Source of the DNA: Vicinamibacterales bacterium
GTDB taxonomy: Bacteria; Acidobacteriota; Vicinamibacteria; Vicinamibacterales; 2-12-FULL-66-21
DNA: 64,000 nucleotides
Assembly: GCA_035492775.1 (NCBI GenBank)
Contig: DATJIW010000054.1
Location: 1,749 to 65,748, forward strand
Reading direction: 5' to 3'
The notes under the pieces were generated by a model. That model was not told where the DNA came from. It worked only from the letters and a program-made list of their open reading frames with translations, and made no database searches. The translations under genes were made by a program, and so were the position numbers. The stretch's first letter is position 1; the number at the start of each line of letters is the position of its first letter. Below are positions 26,201-33,426 of this stretch, in pieces.

Positions 26201-28110
26201 CGCACCTGGTTCATCACCGCGAACTGATCCCGCGAGCGTCCTGACAGCGGCTTCAATCGTACGTAGATCGTTCCCGCGTTCTGCGTCTGCGCGGGATCGT
26301 CCGCCACGGTGACGAGCGTGTAGTCCACGTCCGACAGCCGCCGCACGTCAGCCGCGATCCGGTTCGCAATGATCTCCGTCGAGTCGAGGCTCGTGCCTTC
26401 CGGCGCCCTCAGAGCGATCTCGAATTGGGACTGGTCATCGTTGGGCAGGAAGTTCTTCTTCGCGACCGCGAACAGCGGAACGCTGCTGAGAAGCACCAGC
26501 ACCGCCATGCCCGCCACGATCCCACGGTGCGCGAGGGCCCATGAAAGCGTGCGCGAGTACCGCCGATCGACGGCGGCGAACACCCGGCTGTCCTTCGACC
26601 CGGTCCCGTGGGTATCGCCCTCTTTCTTCCTCGGCACCTTGATCCATCTCGCGGACAGCATCGGCGTCAGCGTGAAGCTCACGAGCAGCGATACCAGGAT
26701 CGCGAACGACATCGTCAGGCCGAAGCTCTTCATGAAGCGTCCGACGATCCCTCCCATGAAGCCGACGGGAACGAAGATCGCGATGAGGGACAGCGTCGTC
26801 GCCAGCACGGCGAGGCCGATTTCCTTCGTCGCCTCGATGGCCGCCGTGAACGGCGGCATCTGCTTCTCCTCGACGAAGCGGTAGATGTTCTCGAGGACAA
26901 CGATCGCGTCGTCGATGACGATTCCCACCGCAAGCGTCAAAGCGAGCATCGTCATCGAATTCAGCGTGAAGCCTTCGTACCAGATCAATCCGAAGGTCGC
27001 GATGATCGACGTAGGGATCGCGATTGCCGCGATCAGCGTCGACCGCCAGTTCCAGAGAAAGAACAGGACCACGATCGCTGCGAGCGCCGACCCCAGCACG
27101 AGATGGTCCTCGACGGTGTCGATCGAAGCCTTGATGAACTCCGACTGATCGCGGACGACGCGGATCTCGTACCCGGGCGGGGTGAGCGCTTTGAGGTCGT
27201 CGAGACGTTCCTTGATCGCCTCCACCACTTCAACCGTGTTGGTGCCGGACTGCCGGCGGATGGTCAACAGCACGGTGGGAGCGCCGCTGATGTTGGCCTT
27301 CGTTTCAGCGTCCGCCATCCCGTCTTCGATCCTCGCGACGTCGCGCAGCAGGATCGGGTGTCCGTCGCGCTGCTTGACGACGATGTCGCCAAACTCCTCG
27401 ACGGACTGCACGCGCCCACGCGTCCGCAGCGTCAGCGCCTCAGGACCGGCTTCGACGCGGCCTCCGGGTACTTCGGCGTTCTGCGCCTGAAGCGCCCGCG
27501 ACACGTCGGTGACGGTGAGGTTGTAGCCCTGGAGCCGACCCGCATCCAGCCAGACGTTCACCTGGCGCTGCCTGCCGCCGACGACGAGTACCTGGCCCAC
27601 GCCGTTGACGCTCTCGAGCTGCCGCCGAAGCGTCTTGTCGGCGTATTCCGTGATGTCGCGGATCGGCTTGTTCGCGGAGACCGCGAGCGTCAGCACCGGT
27701 GCGGCATCCGGATCGAATTTCTCGACGGTCGGCTGATCGATGGTCTTTGGCAGGAGCGGGATGACACGATTGACGCGATCACGCACTTCCTGCGCCGCGA
27801 TGTCGGCATCCTTTTCGAGGAGAAACGAGACGACGACGGTCGAGACGCCCTCAGAGGAGGTGGACCGCAGTTCGTCGATGCCGCTGACCGTGTTCACGGC
27901 TTCTTCGATCTTGTCGGAGATCTCCGTCTCGACTTCCTCCGGCGCCGCGCCGGGCATTGCCGTCGTGACGACGATGGTGGGAAAGTCGACCTTCGGATAC
28001 TGATCGAGGCCGAGCCGCGTGAAGGCGAACGCGCCCACCACGGTGAGCGCGAGAATCAGCACGGTCGCGAAGACGGGGCGCTTGACGGAGATGGATGCCA
28101 GCCACTGCAT
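23299..28110 (-). CDS. RND (HAE1/AcrB-like) efflux permease fused in frame to a TolC-family outer membrane factor
   Basis: Single 1603-codon ORF. Residues 1 to about 1020 are AcrB-like (MQWLASISVKRPVFATVLILALTVVG..., 12 TM pattern). From about residue 1023 there is a signal-peptide-like VRSWLRFGRAATATAGALLIALAIPVRANA/QTG. This is followed by two TolC-type repeats (LTAEQAVQMATANNPDL..., coiled-coil/beta-barrel pattern) and a Thr/Gly-rich tail. Confidence 0.85.
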   Translation of the reverse strand: MQWLASISVKRPVFATVLILALTVVGAFAFTRLGLDQYPKVDFPTIVVTTAMPGAAPEEVETEISDKIEEAVNTVSGIDELRSTSSEGVSTVVVSFLLEKDADIAAQEVRDRVNRVIPLLPKTIDQPTVEKFDPDAAPVLTLAVSANKPIRDITEYADKTLRRQLESVNGVGQVLVVGGRQRQVNVWLDAGRLQGYNLTVTDVSRALQAQNAEVPGGRVEAGPEALTLRTRGRVQSVEEFGDIVVKQRDGHPILLRDVARIEDGMADAETKANISGAPTVLLTIRRQSGTNTVEVVEAIKERLDDLKALTPPGYEIRVVRDQSEFIKASIDTVEDHLVLGSALAAIVVLFFLWNWRSTLIAAIAIPTSIIATFGLIWYEGFTLNSMTMLALTLAVGIVIDDAIVVLENIYRFVEEKQMPPFTAAIEATKEIGLAVLATTLSLIAIFVPVGFMGGIVGRFMKSFGLTMSFAILVSLLVSFTLTPMLSARWIKVPRKKEGDTHGTGSKDSRVFAAVDRRYSRTLSWALAHRGIVAGMAVLVLLSSVPLFAVAKKNFLPNDDQSQFEIALRAPEGTSLDSTEIIANRIAADVRRLSDVDYTLVTVADDPAQTQNAGTIYVRLKPLSGRSRDQFAVMNQVRDGILPTFAAAHLRTGVRPIATIGGGGNQNADIQFTISGPDLNKLQHYADSVAAAARSMPGVVDVDTSLNVGKPEISVHIDRLKASDLGVQIADSAEALRLLVGGDQVTTYDENGEQYEVHVRALGAQRASAASIGELTVPSSTIGSVPLRNIADLTNGTAPSNIDRLNRQRQVTVFAGLLPGASQTPAMDAMTKAADALNMGAGYSTTFAGRSRELGRAAQNFLIAFVLSLVFMYLILAAQFESWLHPITILLSLPLTLPFALLSIIIAGQSLNIFSALGLLVLFGVVKKNSILQIDHANQLRERGMERDAAVLQASRDRLRPILMTTFAFVAGMIPLVLSSGIGAGTNRAIGFVIIGGQSLVLLLSLVVTPVAYSLLDDLSRLRVRSWLRFGRAATATAGALLIALAIPVRANAQTGTQPSPAQAAQAAAPAQTSAALALTAEQAVQMATANNPDLVAAGYEPRITTERVAEARAVFLPTFQSGLQKNVQQAPPTSVFFGTQGVRTDLWTGNVGLVQQLPWGGASYNVSWNSARTNASSTLSNFNPSVTASLQGIVSQPLLRNFRIDPFRAQVTTAERTNDIANIGLQELATTVTAGAERAYWNLVLANAAVSVQQQSLDLSLELERTNRARVDVGQSPPLDLVSAQAEVAQRRENLIVAQTQARQAEDELRILVLDPKRQDYWSVRLQPTDVVPPIGPVVDIDAAVRNALTQRTDLQRTRKQIDISETQVTLAKNQVLPDLRVNAEYLTNGLGGTELIRTGGFPGTITPGPGTAFGDVLRQVFASDYPTWTVGVTLTYPLGRSVDRSLLAQSELSREQLQASLRSSELHVVRDVRQAALNVDQNRQRIDTTRAARELQEQRLDAEQKRYEVGMSTNFNVIQAQRDLAVARNNELQAQLDYQLALIAFETVQRVNPSGALASPVSGGTVTIPATSSSTTTTGATVSTTGATTTGATTTGGGGGGL
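24955..25044 (-). other. Internal signal-peptide-like junction between the RND and OMF modules (candidate internal GTG start at 25042-25044; AxA cleavage motif ANA|Q)
   Basis: Translation VRSWLRFGRAATATAGALLIALAIPVRANA has a basic n-region, a hydrophobic h-region and an AxA motif. There is no stop codon between the modules and no obvious SD before the GTG. Confidence 0.6.
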
Positions 28111-28119
28111 GGACGTGCC

Positions 28120-29331
28120 TTATCCTTCGATCTGGACGCGGACGCCGTCGGCGAGCTTCCCGCGCGGGTTTGCCGCGACGCGTTCACCGGCCTTGACGCC
28201 GCTCACGATTTCAACGCGGTCGCCGACCTTTTCACCGGTCGTGACGATCCGTTCTTCGACCGTGTCGCCGTTGACGACGTAGGTCCGCGGCGTACCCGAG
28301 ATGACCTCCACCGCGCTGACGGGTACGAGCAGTGCCGGCGCCGGATGGGGCTGCTGCAGAAGCGCGGTCGCAAAGAGTCCCGGCTTGAGGCGACCGTCCT
28401 TGTTGGACGCAACCGCTTCGACCGTGAGCGCCCGCTGGTCCGCTTTCAGCGTGGGAGAAACGAACCGAACGCGGGCGGGAAAGACCTCTTCCGGATACGC
28501 GTCGACACTCAGGCGGACGGCCTGACCCTCGGACACCTGCGCCAGGTACTGCGCCGGAATCGTCAGCTGAACGCGAAGCGGATCGACCCGGACGACAGTC
28601 GCGACCTTCGTGCCCTTCGTGACGTAGTCCCCGGCGGTCACGAGTCGCTCGGCGACGATGCCGGAGAACGGCGCACGAACGACGGTATCCGCGGCGGATT
28701 TCTTCGCGAGATCGACGCGCGCGCGCGCCGCCTCGAGAGAACGGTACGACTGCTGCGCCACGTTCGCAGCCGTTTGATATTGCTGTCGCGCGGCGCGAGC
28801 CGCTGCGAGCTTCTGGTCGTACTCAGCCTGCGAGACGACCTTCTGATCGAGCAGCGACTTGATTCGGTTGAGATCGGCCTCGGCCCAGTCGAGCGCGGCC
28901 TTTGCGTTCAACACCTCCGGAACGCGTTCGGGATCGAACGGCCGTCCGGCCGTCAGGCCGAGCCGCGCTTCGATCTGCGCGGCGTTCGCTTCGGCTTCAC
29001 GCAGCGACGCGTCGGCTTCGGTCGCCGAGATGCGCGCCACTGGGGTTCCCGCCTCCACGTGCGTTCCGCGTTCGACAGGGGTGCTGACGACGCGTCCGGC
29101 GGCTTCGGCCGCCACGTCCGCCTGTTCGTCCGCGGCGAGCGAGCCGGTGACCCGCACGAAGCGATCGATGGCCTGCGATGAAACAACCGCCGTTCGCACG
29201 GCAACCGGCGCCGGCTGGGGAGCTGCCGCGGCGGTGCCGGCATTACCACCGAGGCAGGCAGCGGATGCCATTGCAGCGGCTGCGGCGGCCAGAAACACTA
29301 TGAAGCGCAACTGACGAATCATGACGGTCAT
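28120..29331 (-). CDS. Efflux RND periplasmic adaptor (membrane fusion protein), lipoprotein
   Basis: Lipobox MASAAC; coiled-coil hairpin region; beta-barrel/MP domains typical of the HlyD_D23 family. The start overlaps the TetR stop (ATGA). Confidence 0.9.
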   Translation of the reverse strand: MTVMIRQLRFIVFLAAAAAAMASAACLGGNAGTAAAAPQPAPVAVRTAVVSSQAIDRFVRVTGSLAADEQADVAAEAAGRVVSTPVERGTHVEAGTPVARISATEADASLREAEANAAQIEARLGLTAGRPFDPERVPEVLNAKAALDWAEADLNRIKSLLDQKVVSQAEYDQKLAAARAARQQYQTAANVAQQSYRSLEAARARVDLAKKSAADTVVRAPFSGIVAERLVTAGDYVTKGTKVATVVRVDPLRVQLTIPAQYLAQVSEGQAVRLSVDAYPEEVFPARVRFVSPTLKADQRALTVEAVASNKDGRLKPGLFATALLQQPHPAPALLVPVSAVEVISGTPRTYVVNGDTVEERIVTTGEKVGDRVEIVSGVKAGERVAANPRGKLADGVRVQIEG

Positions 29332-29987
29332 TCCTCGTTATCGGGATCAATGCAGGGAGAGAGTGAGCAGTTCAACGCGGCTCCGGCGCGCAGGCCTTGA
29401 ATAGCGGTCTCCAAAGTGACGCGCGCGAGCGCGTCACCGTCTTCACCGGGCGCGAGACGATCGCACAGACGCAATGTCGCGGCGCCATGGACGGCGGTCA
29501 GCAGGACGCGGAACACTGTGTGCGGCGGCGTGCCGCGCGGAAGGGCGCCTCGCTCGGTGGCATCCTGAATCCGCACGACCATGTCGTGCTTCATCTCGCC
29601 GACGAATCCGAAGCGGTCCCAGTCGCGGCTGATCCTCGGCACGCTGCGATCCAGGAACATCAGTGCGAAGTACTCGGGATGCGTCTTGCTGAATTCGTAG
29701 TAGTGCCAGAACAGCCGCCGCAGGTCCTCGATCGGATCGGTGCCTTCCGACACGGGGCTGCCGGTCGTGAAGAGCAGCCGGAAGCCCTCTTCGGCGAGAG
29801 CGAAGAAGATGTCGTCCTTGCTCGGGAAGTACCCGTAGATGGCGGCCGGACTGTATTCGATGCGCTCCGCGATTTTCCGGATGGAAACGTGCTGATAGCC
29901 GTGGGTTACGAACAGCTCGCGCGCTGCGTCCAGAATTCCCCGAGCGACCGCCTCGCGTTCCCTGTCGTGCCGTTCTTTGACGCCCAA
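29328..29987 (-). CDS. TetR/AcrR family transcriptional regulator
   Basis: TTG start. HTH region ILDAARELFVTHGYQHVSIRKIAERIEYSPAAIYGYFPSKDDIF. First gene of the efflux operon. Confidence 0.9.
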   Translation of the reverse strand: MGVKERHDREREAVARGILDAARELFVTHGYQHVSIRKIAERIEYSPAAIYGYFPSKDDIFFALAEEGFRLLFTTGSPVSEGTDPIEDLRRLFWHYYEFSKTHPEYFALMFLDRSVPRISRDWDRFGFVGEMKHDMVVRIQDATERGALPRGTPPHTVFRVLLTAVHGAATLRLCDRLAPGEDGDALARVTLETAIQGLRAGAALNCSLSPCIDPDNEE

Positions 29988-30034
29988 GTCGTTGATCCTG
30001 CTGGATTTACGTGGCTAATGAAATACTAGTTCTG

Positions 30035-30061
30035 AACACCGTTTAGGATATTAACACCGTT
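30035..30061. promoter_or_regulatory. Direct repeat AACACCGTT x2 (18-bp register) in the AT-rich TetR / pterin dehydratase divergent intergenic region; candidate operator
   Basis: Read directly: AACACCGTTTAGG (30035) and AACACCGTTAGAC (30053). The neighbouring ACTAGT palindrome and a CCCGAA..TTCGGG hairpin (30077-30091) were also noted. Confidence 0.3.
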
Positions 30062-30105
30062 AGACGTGCCGGTATTCCCGAAGGTTTCGGGTTTATGCTG
30101 CGCGT

Positions 30106-30405
30106 ATGCGACCGACGCGACTGAGCGAGGATGAGATTCGAACGGCGCTGGCGGAACTGACGAACTGGGCGCGCGAGGGGGACGCCATCCGGAGGCAGTT
30201 CACCTTCGCGTCGTTTCCGGACGCAATAGCGTTCGCGACGCGGCTGGCGTTCGACGCCGAAGCGGCCGATCACCACCCCGACGTCGCCATCAATTACAAG
30301 CGCGTGACCCTGACGTATTCAACGCACAGCGAAGGCGGGCTCACCGGGAAGGACGTCGAAGGCGCGCGCACAGCGGATCGTCTCGCCGCGAAATTTCTAT
30401 CATAG
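30106..30405 (+). CDS. 4a-hydroxytetrahydrobiopterin (pterin-4-alpha-carbinolamine) dehydratase
   Basis: 99 aa. ...FASFPDAIAFATRLAFDAEAADHHPDVAINYKRVTLTYSTH is the canonical PCD/DCoH pattern. Confidence 0.9.
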   Translation: MRPTRLSEDEIRTALAELTNWAREGDAIRRQFTFASFPDAIAFATRLAFDAEAADHHPDVAINYKRVTLTYSTHSEGGLTGKDVEGARTADRLAAKFLS

Positions 30406-30409
30406 GACG

Positions 30410-31894
30410 TCACCGAAACGGCGCCAGCGCACGTTCGATCGCACTCCACGGCATCGGCCGCGCGTGCATGCTGAAGATGCGATCCACGGCGAGTCCCTCT
30501 CGCGTGATCACATCCTGTACTTCCTTCAAGTACTCGGGCATGAAAAAGTCGCCGGACGCGCGCTGCTGGATTTCATCAGAGGTATAGAGGAGTCGCAGCG
30601 CCGGCAGGTAGACGAACAGCATGCGCTCGCCGTTTTCCTCGCCCGCCGGGTAGATGACAACCTGTGTGTCGCCGCTTCCGATCGTCGTCTTGTTCGAAAC
30701 CCAATGAAACTGCGCCGCTTTCGGCGTGCGTGCCAGCCTGTCCGGATGCGCGGGATCGCTCGCCGCCAGGAGCCGCTCGAGGATTCCACGGTTCAGGTCG
30801 AGTGCGTAGACCGGGATTCCCCGCGCGACGTACTCGCGGATTCCCCCGATATGCGGCCACGCATCCGAGGTCGTGATGACCGCCTTGATCGTCGCACCGG
30901 GGTATCGTCGCGCGATTTCGTCGAGCACCTGCGACGAGTAGTCGGAGCTGATCGGCGCCTCGATGACGACCAGTCCGTCCGATTGCTGCACGACTTCGAC
31001 ATTCCAGCCGCCGCCGTACTGGACAACGCCGGCAGCGACGTCGATCCGCCGGTGTTCGACGTCCAGCTTCGCCGTCGTCGCGCGTGACTCCGGCAGCGAC
31101 GCAAAGGCCGCCCTGACATCCGCGGGTATGGCGAACGCGCCGGCGTCTATCGTCGGGTTCGGCGTAATCTGCACGATCGTCGTGCTGCTGAGCGTCACGC
31201 CGTTCCACGTGCGATCGAACTGCAGCGGATAACGAATCCCGCCTGGCAGGAGCGTCCACAGCGAGTAGTAAAGCGTGTCGGTCACGGAGCCCCACACGCC
31301 CCACTCGTCGGGACGAAGGACTTCGACCGCTGTCGGCAGATCATCGTGCGAGTTGATGAGCAGACGCACGCGCCGGTTTCTCCAGCCGAAGGCGATGACT
31401 CGCTGGACGATACCCTGGCGCTCGACGTCCGCCGCCGTCACCAGGTCCGGCGCCGCCAAGGCCACGAACAGGACGCGCTCGGGCGCGAGGTCTACCCACT
31501 GAATCGTGTCCGCCGGACGCCATCCCACAGGCGCGAACCGGCTTCCGTCAGTCGACGCGACGGCCTCGCCGTCGAATACAATCGTCCTGACCTGATCCCA
31601 GGACGCCGACTGAAACGTCTGGCTCTGGACCTCGATCCGCGCGCGCCCGTGCGCAGAATCCCGCTGCTCGACGGTGGAGTGGTACTCAACGATGAAGGGT
31701 CCCTCGGGCCGCTCGGACTGCTCGATGTAGAACTCGTGGCCAAGACTCTTCAGCCGAAGAGTGGCCAGGCCGCGCAACGCGGCTTCGCCGCCCATGGCGT
31801 TGATGGACTTATTCAGCAGCTGGCGGGCATCCTCCGCGGACGCGGAGGTCGCGATCGCAACCGACAAAAGGCACAGGCACGCACGTCGAACCAT
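30410..31894 (-). CDS. Secreted hypothetical protein; the C-terminal half is MBL-fold-like but lacks the HxHxDH metal motif
   Basis: Signal peptide MVRRACLCLLSVAIATSASA. The C-terminal segment VVIEAPISSDY...IKAVITTSDAWPHIGG aligns by eye to the MBL motif region, with TTSDAW in place of HxHxDH. Confidence 0.65.
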   Translation of the reverse strand: MVRRACLCLLSVAIATSASAEDARQLLNKSINAMGGEAALRGLATLRLKSLGHEFYIEQSERPEGPFIVEYHSTVEQRDSAHGRARIEVQSQTFQSASWDQVRTIVFDGEAVASTDGSRFAPVGWRPADTIQWVDLAPERVLFVALAAPDLVTAADVERQGIVQRVIAFGWRNRRVRLLINSHDDLPTAVEVLRPDEWGVWGSVTDTLYYSLWTLLPGGIRYPLQFDRTWNGVTLSSTTIVQITPNPTIDAGAFAIPADVRAAFASLPESRATTAKLDVEHRRIDVAAGVVQYGGGWNVEVVQQSDGLVVIEAPISSDYSSQVLDEIARRYPGATIKAVITTSDAWPHIGGIREYVARGIPVYALDLNRGILERLLAASDPAHPDRLARTPKAAQFHWVSNKTTIGSGDTQVVIYPAGEENGERMLFVYLPALRLLYTSDEIQQRASGDFFMPEYLKEVQDVITREGLAVDRIFSMHARPMPWSAIERALAPFR

Positions 31895-31988
31895 GCGCGA
31901 TTAGACGCGCGTCCAGGATTGTGCGGAACCACGGATGCAGCCAGACGCACCTGCCGTGCAGTCAATCGACAGCAGGCGGTGGCGAGCG

Positions 31989-32276
31989 TCAGCCGATGGG
32001 GAAGATCTTGTCGAGGCCGTCCGCAGGGCGCGGGATCACATGGACGCCGACGAGCTCGCCGACGCGGCGTGCCGCGGCTGCGCCTGCATCGGTCGCGGCC
32101 TTCACGGAGGCGACGTCGCCGCGAACGATCGCAGTGACCAGACCGGCGTCGACTTTCTGCCAGCCGACGAACAGGACGTTCGCCGTCTTGACCATCGCGT
32201 CGGCGGCTTCGATCATGCCCACGAGTCCGCGGGTCTCGACGAGGCCGAGCGCTTCGCCTGGCAGTTCCTTCGCCAT
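31989..32276 (-). CDS. Bacterial microcompartment shell protein, BMC-H (PduA/EutM/CcmK family, single Pfam00936-type domain)
   Basis: 95 aa. [77 protein letters not shown] is near-collinear with PduA. Only 12 nt separate it from the upstream gene. Confidence 0.9.
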   Translation of the reverse strand: MAKELPGEALGLVETRGLVGMIEAADAMVKTANVLFVGWQKVDAGLVTAIVRGDVASVKAATDAGAAAARRVGELVGVHVIPRPADGLDKIFPIG

Positions 32277-32288
32277 ACCTACGGGATT

Positions 32289-33401
32289 CTACGTGATCCT
32301 CCCGCGCGCGGCCACGGGTAATTTGTCGACGACGCGCCCGCCATCGACGAGCCAGACGTGATCGACGAGATTGGAGACGACGCAGGAGTGATTCGGCACG
32401 ATCCGGACGAGATCCCCGGTGCGCAGCCGCGTCCCGCCGGACATCGCGCGGACGGTCGCGTGCTCTTCGGACAGGCGATCGATGACGAGATTCAGGTCGG
32501 GCGCGGTTTCGTCGGGCGATGCCAGCACGGCTCCGTACCCGCCGGCGTGACCGCCACGGGCGCCGTCGGTCGTCAGCGTCTTGGAGCCGCTGTCGAAAAT
32601 CACCCGATCCCGCGCCGGATGGCTGACGACACGTGCGAGTACGGTCAGCGCGCAATCCTCGAATGTCGCCGCGCCCAGACCGACCTGCGTGCGGTCGTAA
32701 TACGCATAGTTTCCGGGCCGCAACTCCGTCAGCCCGGTCTCCTCGAGGGAGAAACGGACCGTCGGCGTCGCCCCGACGCTGATCTCTTCGCAGTCGACTC
32801 CCGATCGTTCGCTGAGATCACGCAGCAGCTCCGCCTCGGTCGCGGCTATCGCGGCGATTTCCGCCTCGCTCGTCGCGCCATAGGCATGGCCGGCGTGGCT
32901 CAGAAGGCCGCGGAACTCGAGACCGGGCAGTCGCGCGATGCGCTGTACCACTGACGCGGCCTCATTCGAGACCGGATCGATTCCGCAGCGGTGAAAACCG
33001 ACGTCGACTTTGACCAGCACGTTCAGGCGGCGGCCTGTCTGCTGTGCCGCGTTCGACCAGGCGTCTGCGATTTCCGGATCGTCCACGATGAACGACAGCC
33101 TCACGCGATCGGCAAGATCGAACACGCGGCCGGCGTTGACCGGATGCAGTGGGTAGGGAAGGCGGATGTCGGTGACGCCGGCTTCGGCGAACACTTCGGC
33201 CTCACCAAGCTTGGCGCAGCAGATCCCGACGGCGCCCCGCTCGATCTGCATCGCCGCAATGTGCGGCGACTTGTGTGTTTTGGCGTGCGGGCGCAGGCGC
33301 AACCCGCGCGCGGTCGCCGCCTCCTGCATGCGATCGAGATTGCGTTCGAGCCGCGACGACTCGATGAGGACGGCGGGAGTCGGAATGTCCGTGAGGCGCA
33401 T
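32289..33401 (-). CDS. D-threonine aldolase / DSD1 D-serine dehydratase family PLP enzyme (alanine-racemase-N fold, fold type III)
   Basis: 370 aa. PTPAVLIESSRLERNLDRM, PLP-lysine context RPHAKTHKSP, and C-terminal SEEHATV...RIVPNHSCVVSNL, characteristic of the family. Confidence 0.82.
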   Translation of the reverse strand: MRLTDIPTPAVLIESSRLERNLDRMQEAATARGLRLRPHAKTHKSPHIAAMQIERGAVGICCAKLGEAEVFAEAGVTDIRLPYPLHPVNAGRVFDLADRVRLSFIVDDPEIADAWSNAAQQTGRRLNVLVKVDVGFHRCGIDPVSNEAASVVQRIARLPGLEFRGLLSHAGHAYGATSEAEIAAIAATEAELLRDLSERSGVDCEEISVGATPTVRFSLEETGLTELRPGNYAYYDRTQVGLGAATFEDCALTVLARVVSHPARDRVIFDSGSKTLTTDGARGGHAGGYGAVLASPDETAPDLNLVIDRLSEEHATVRAMSGGTRLRTGDLVRIVPNHSCVVSNLVDHVWLVDGGRVVDKLPVAARGRIT

Positions 33402-33426
33402 CGCGCCCAGATCGTAACCCGGAGGT

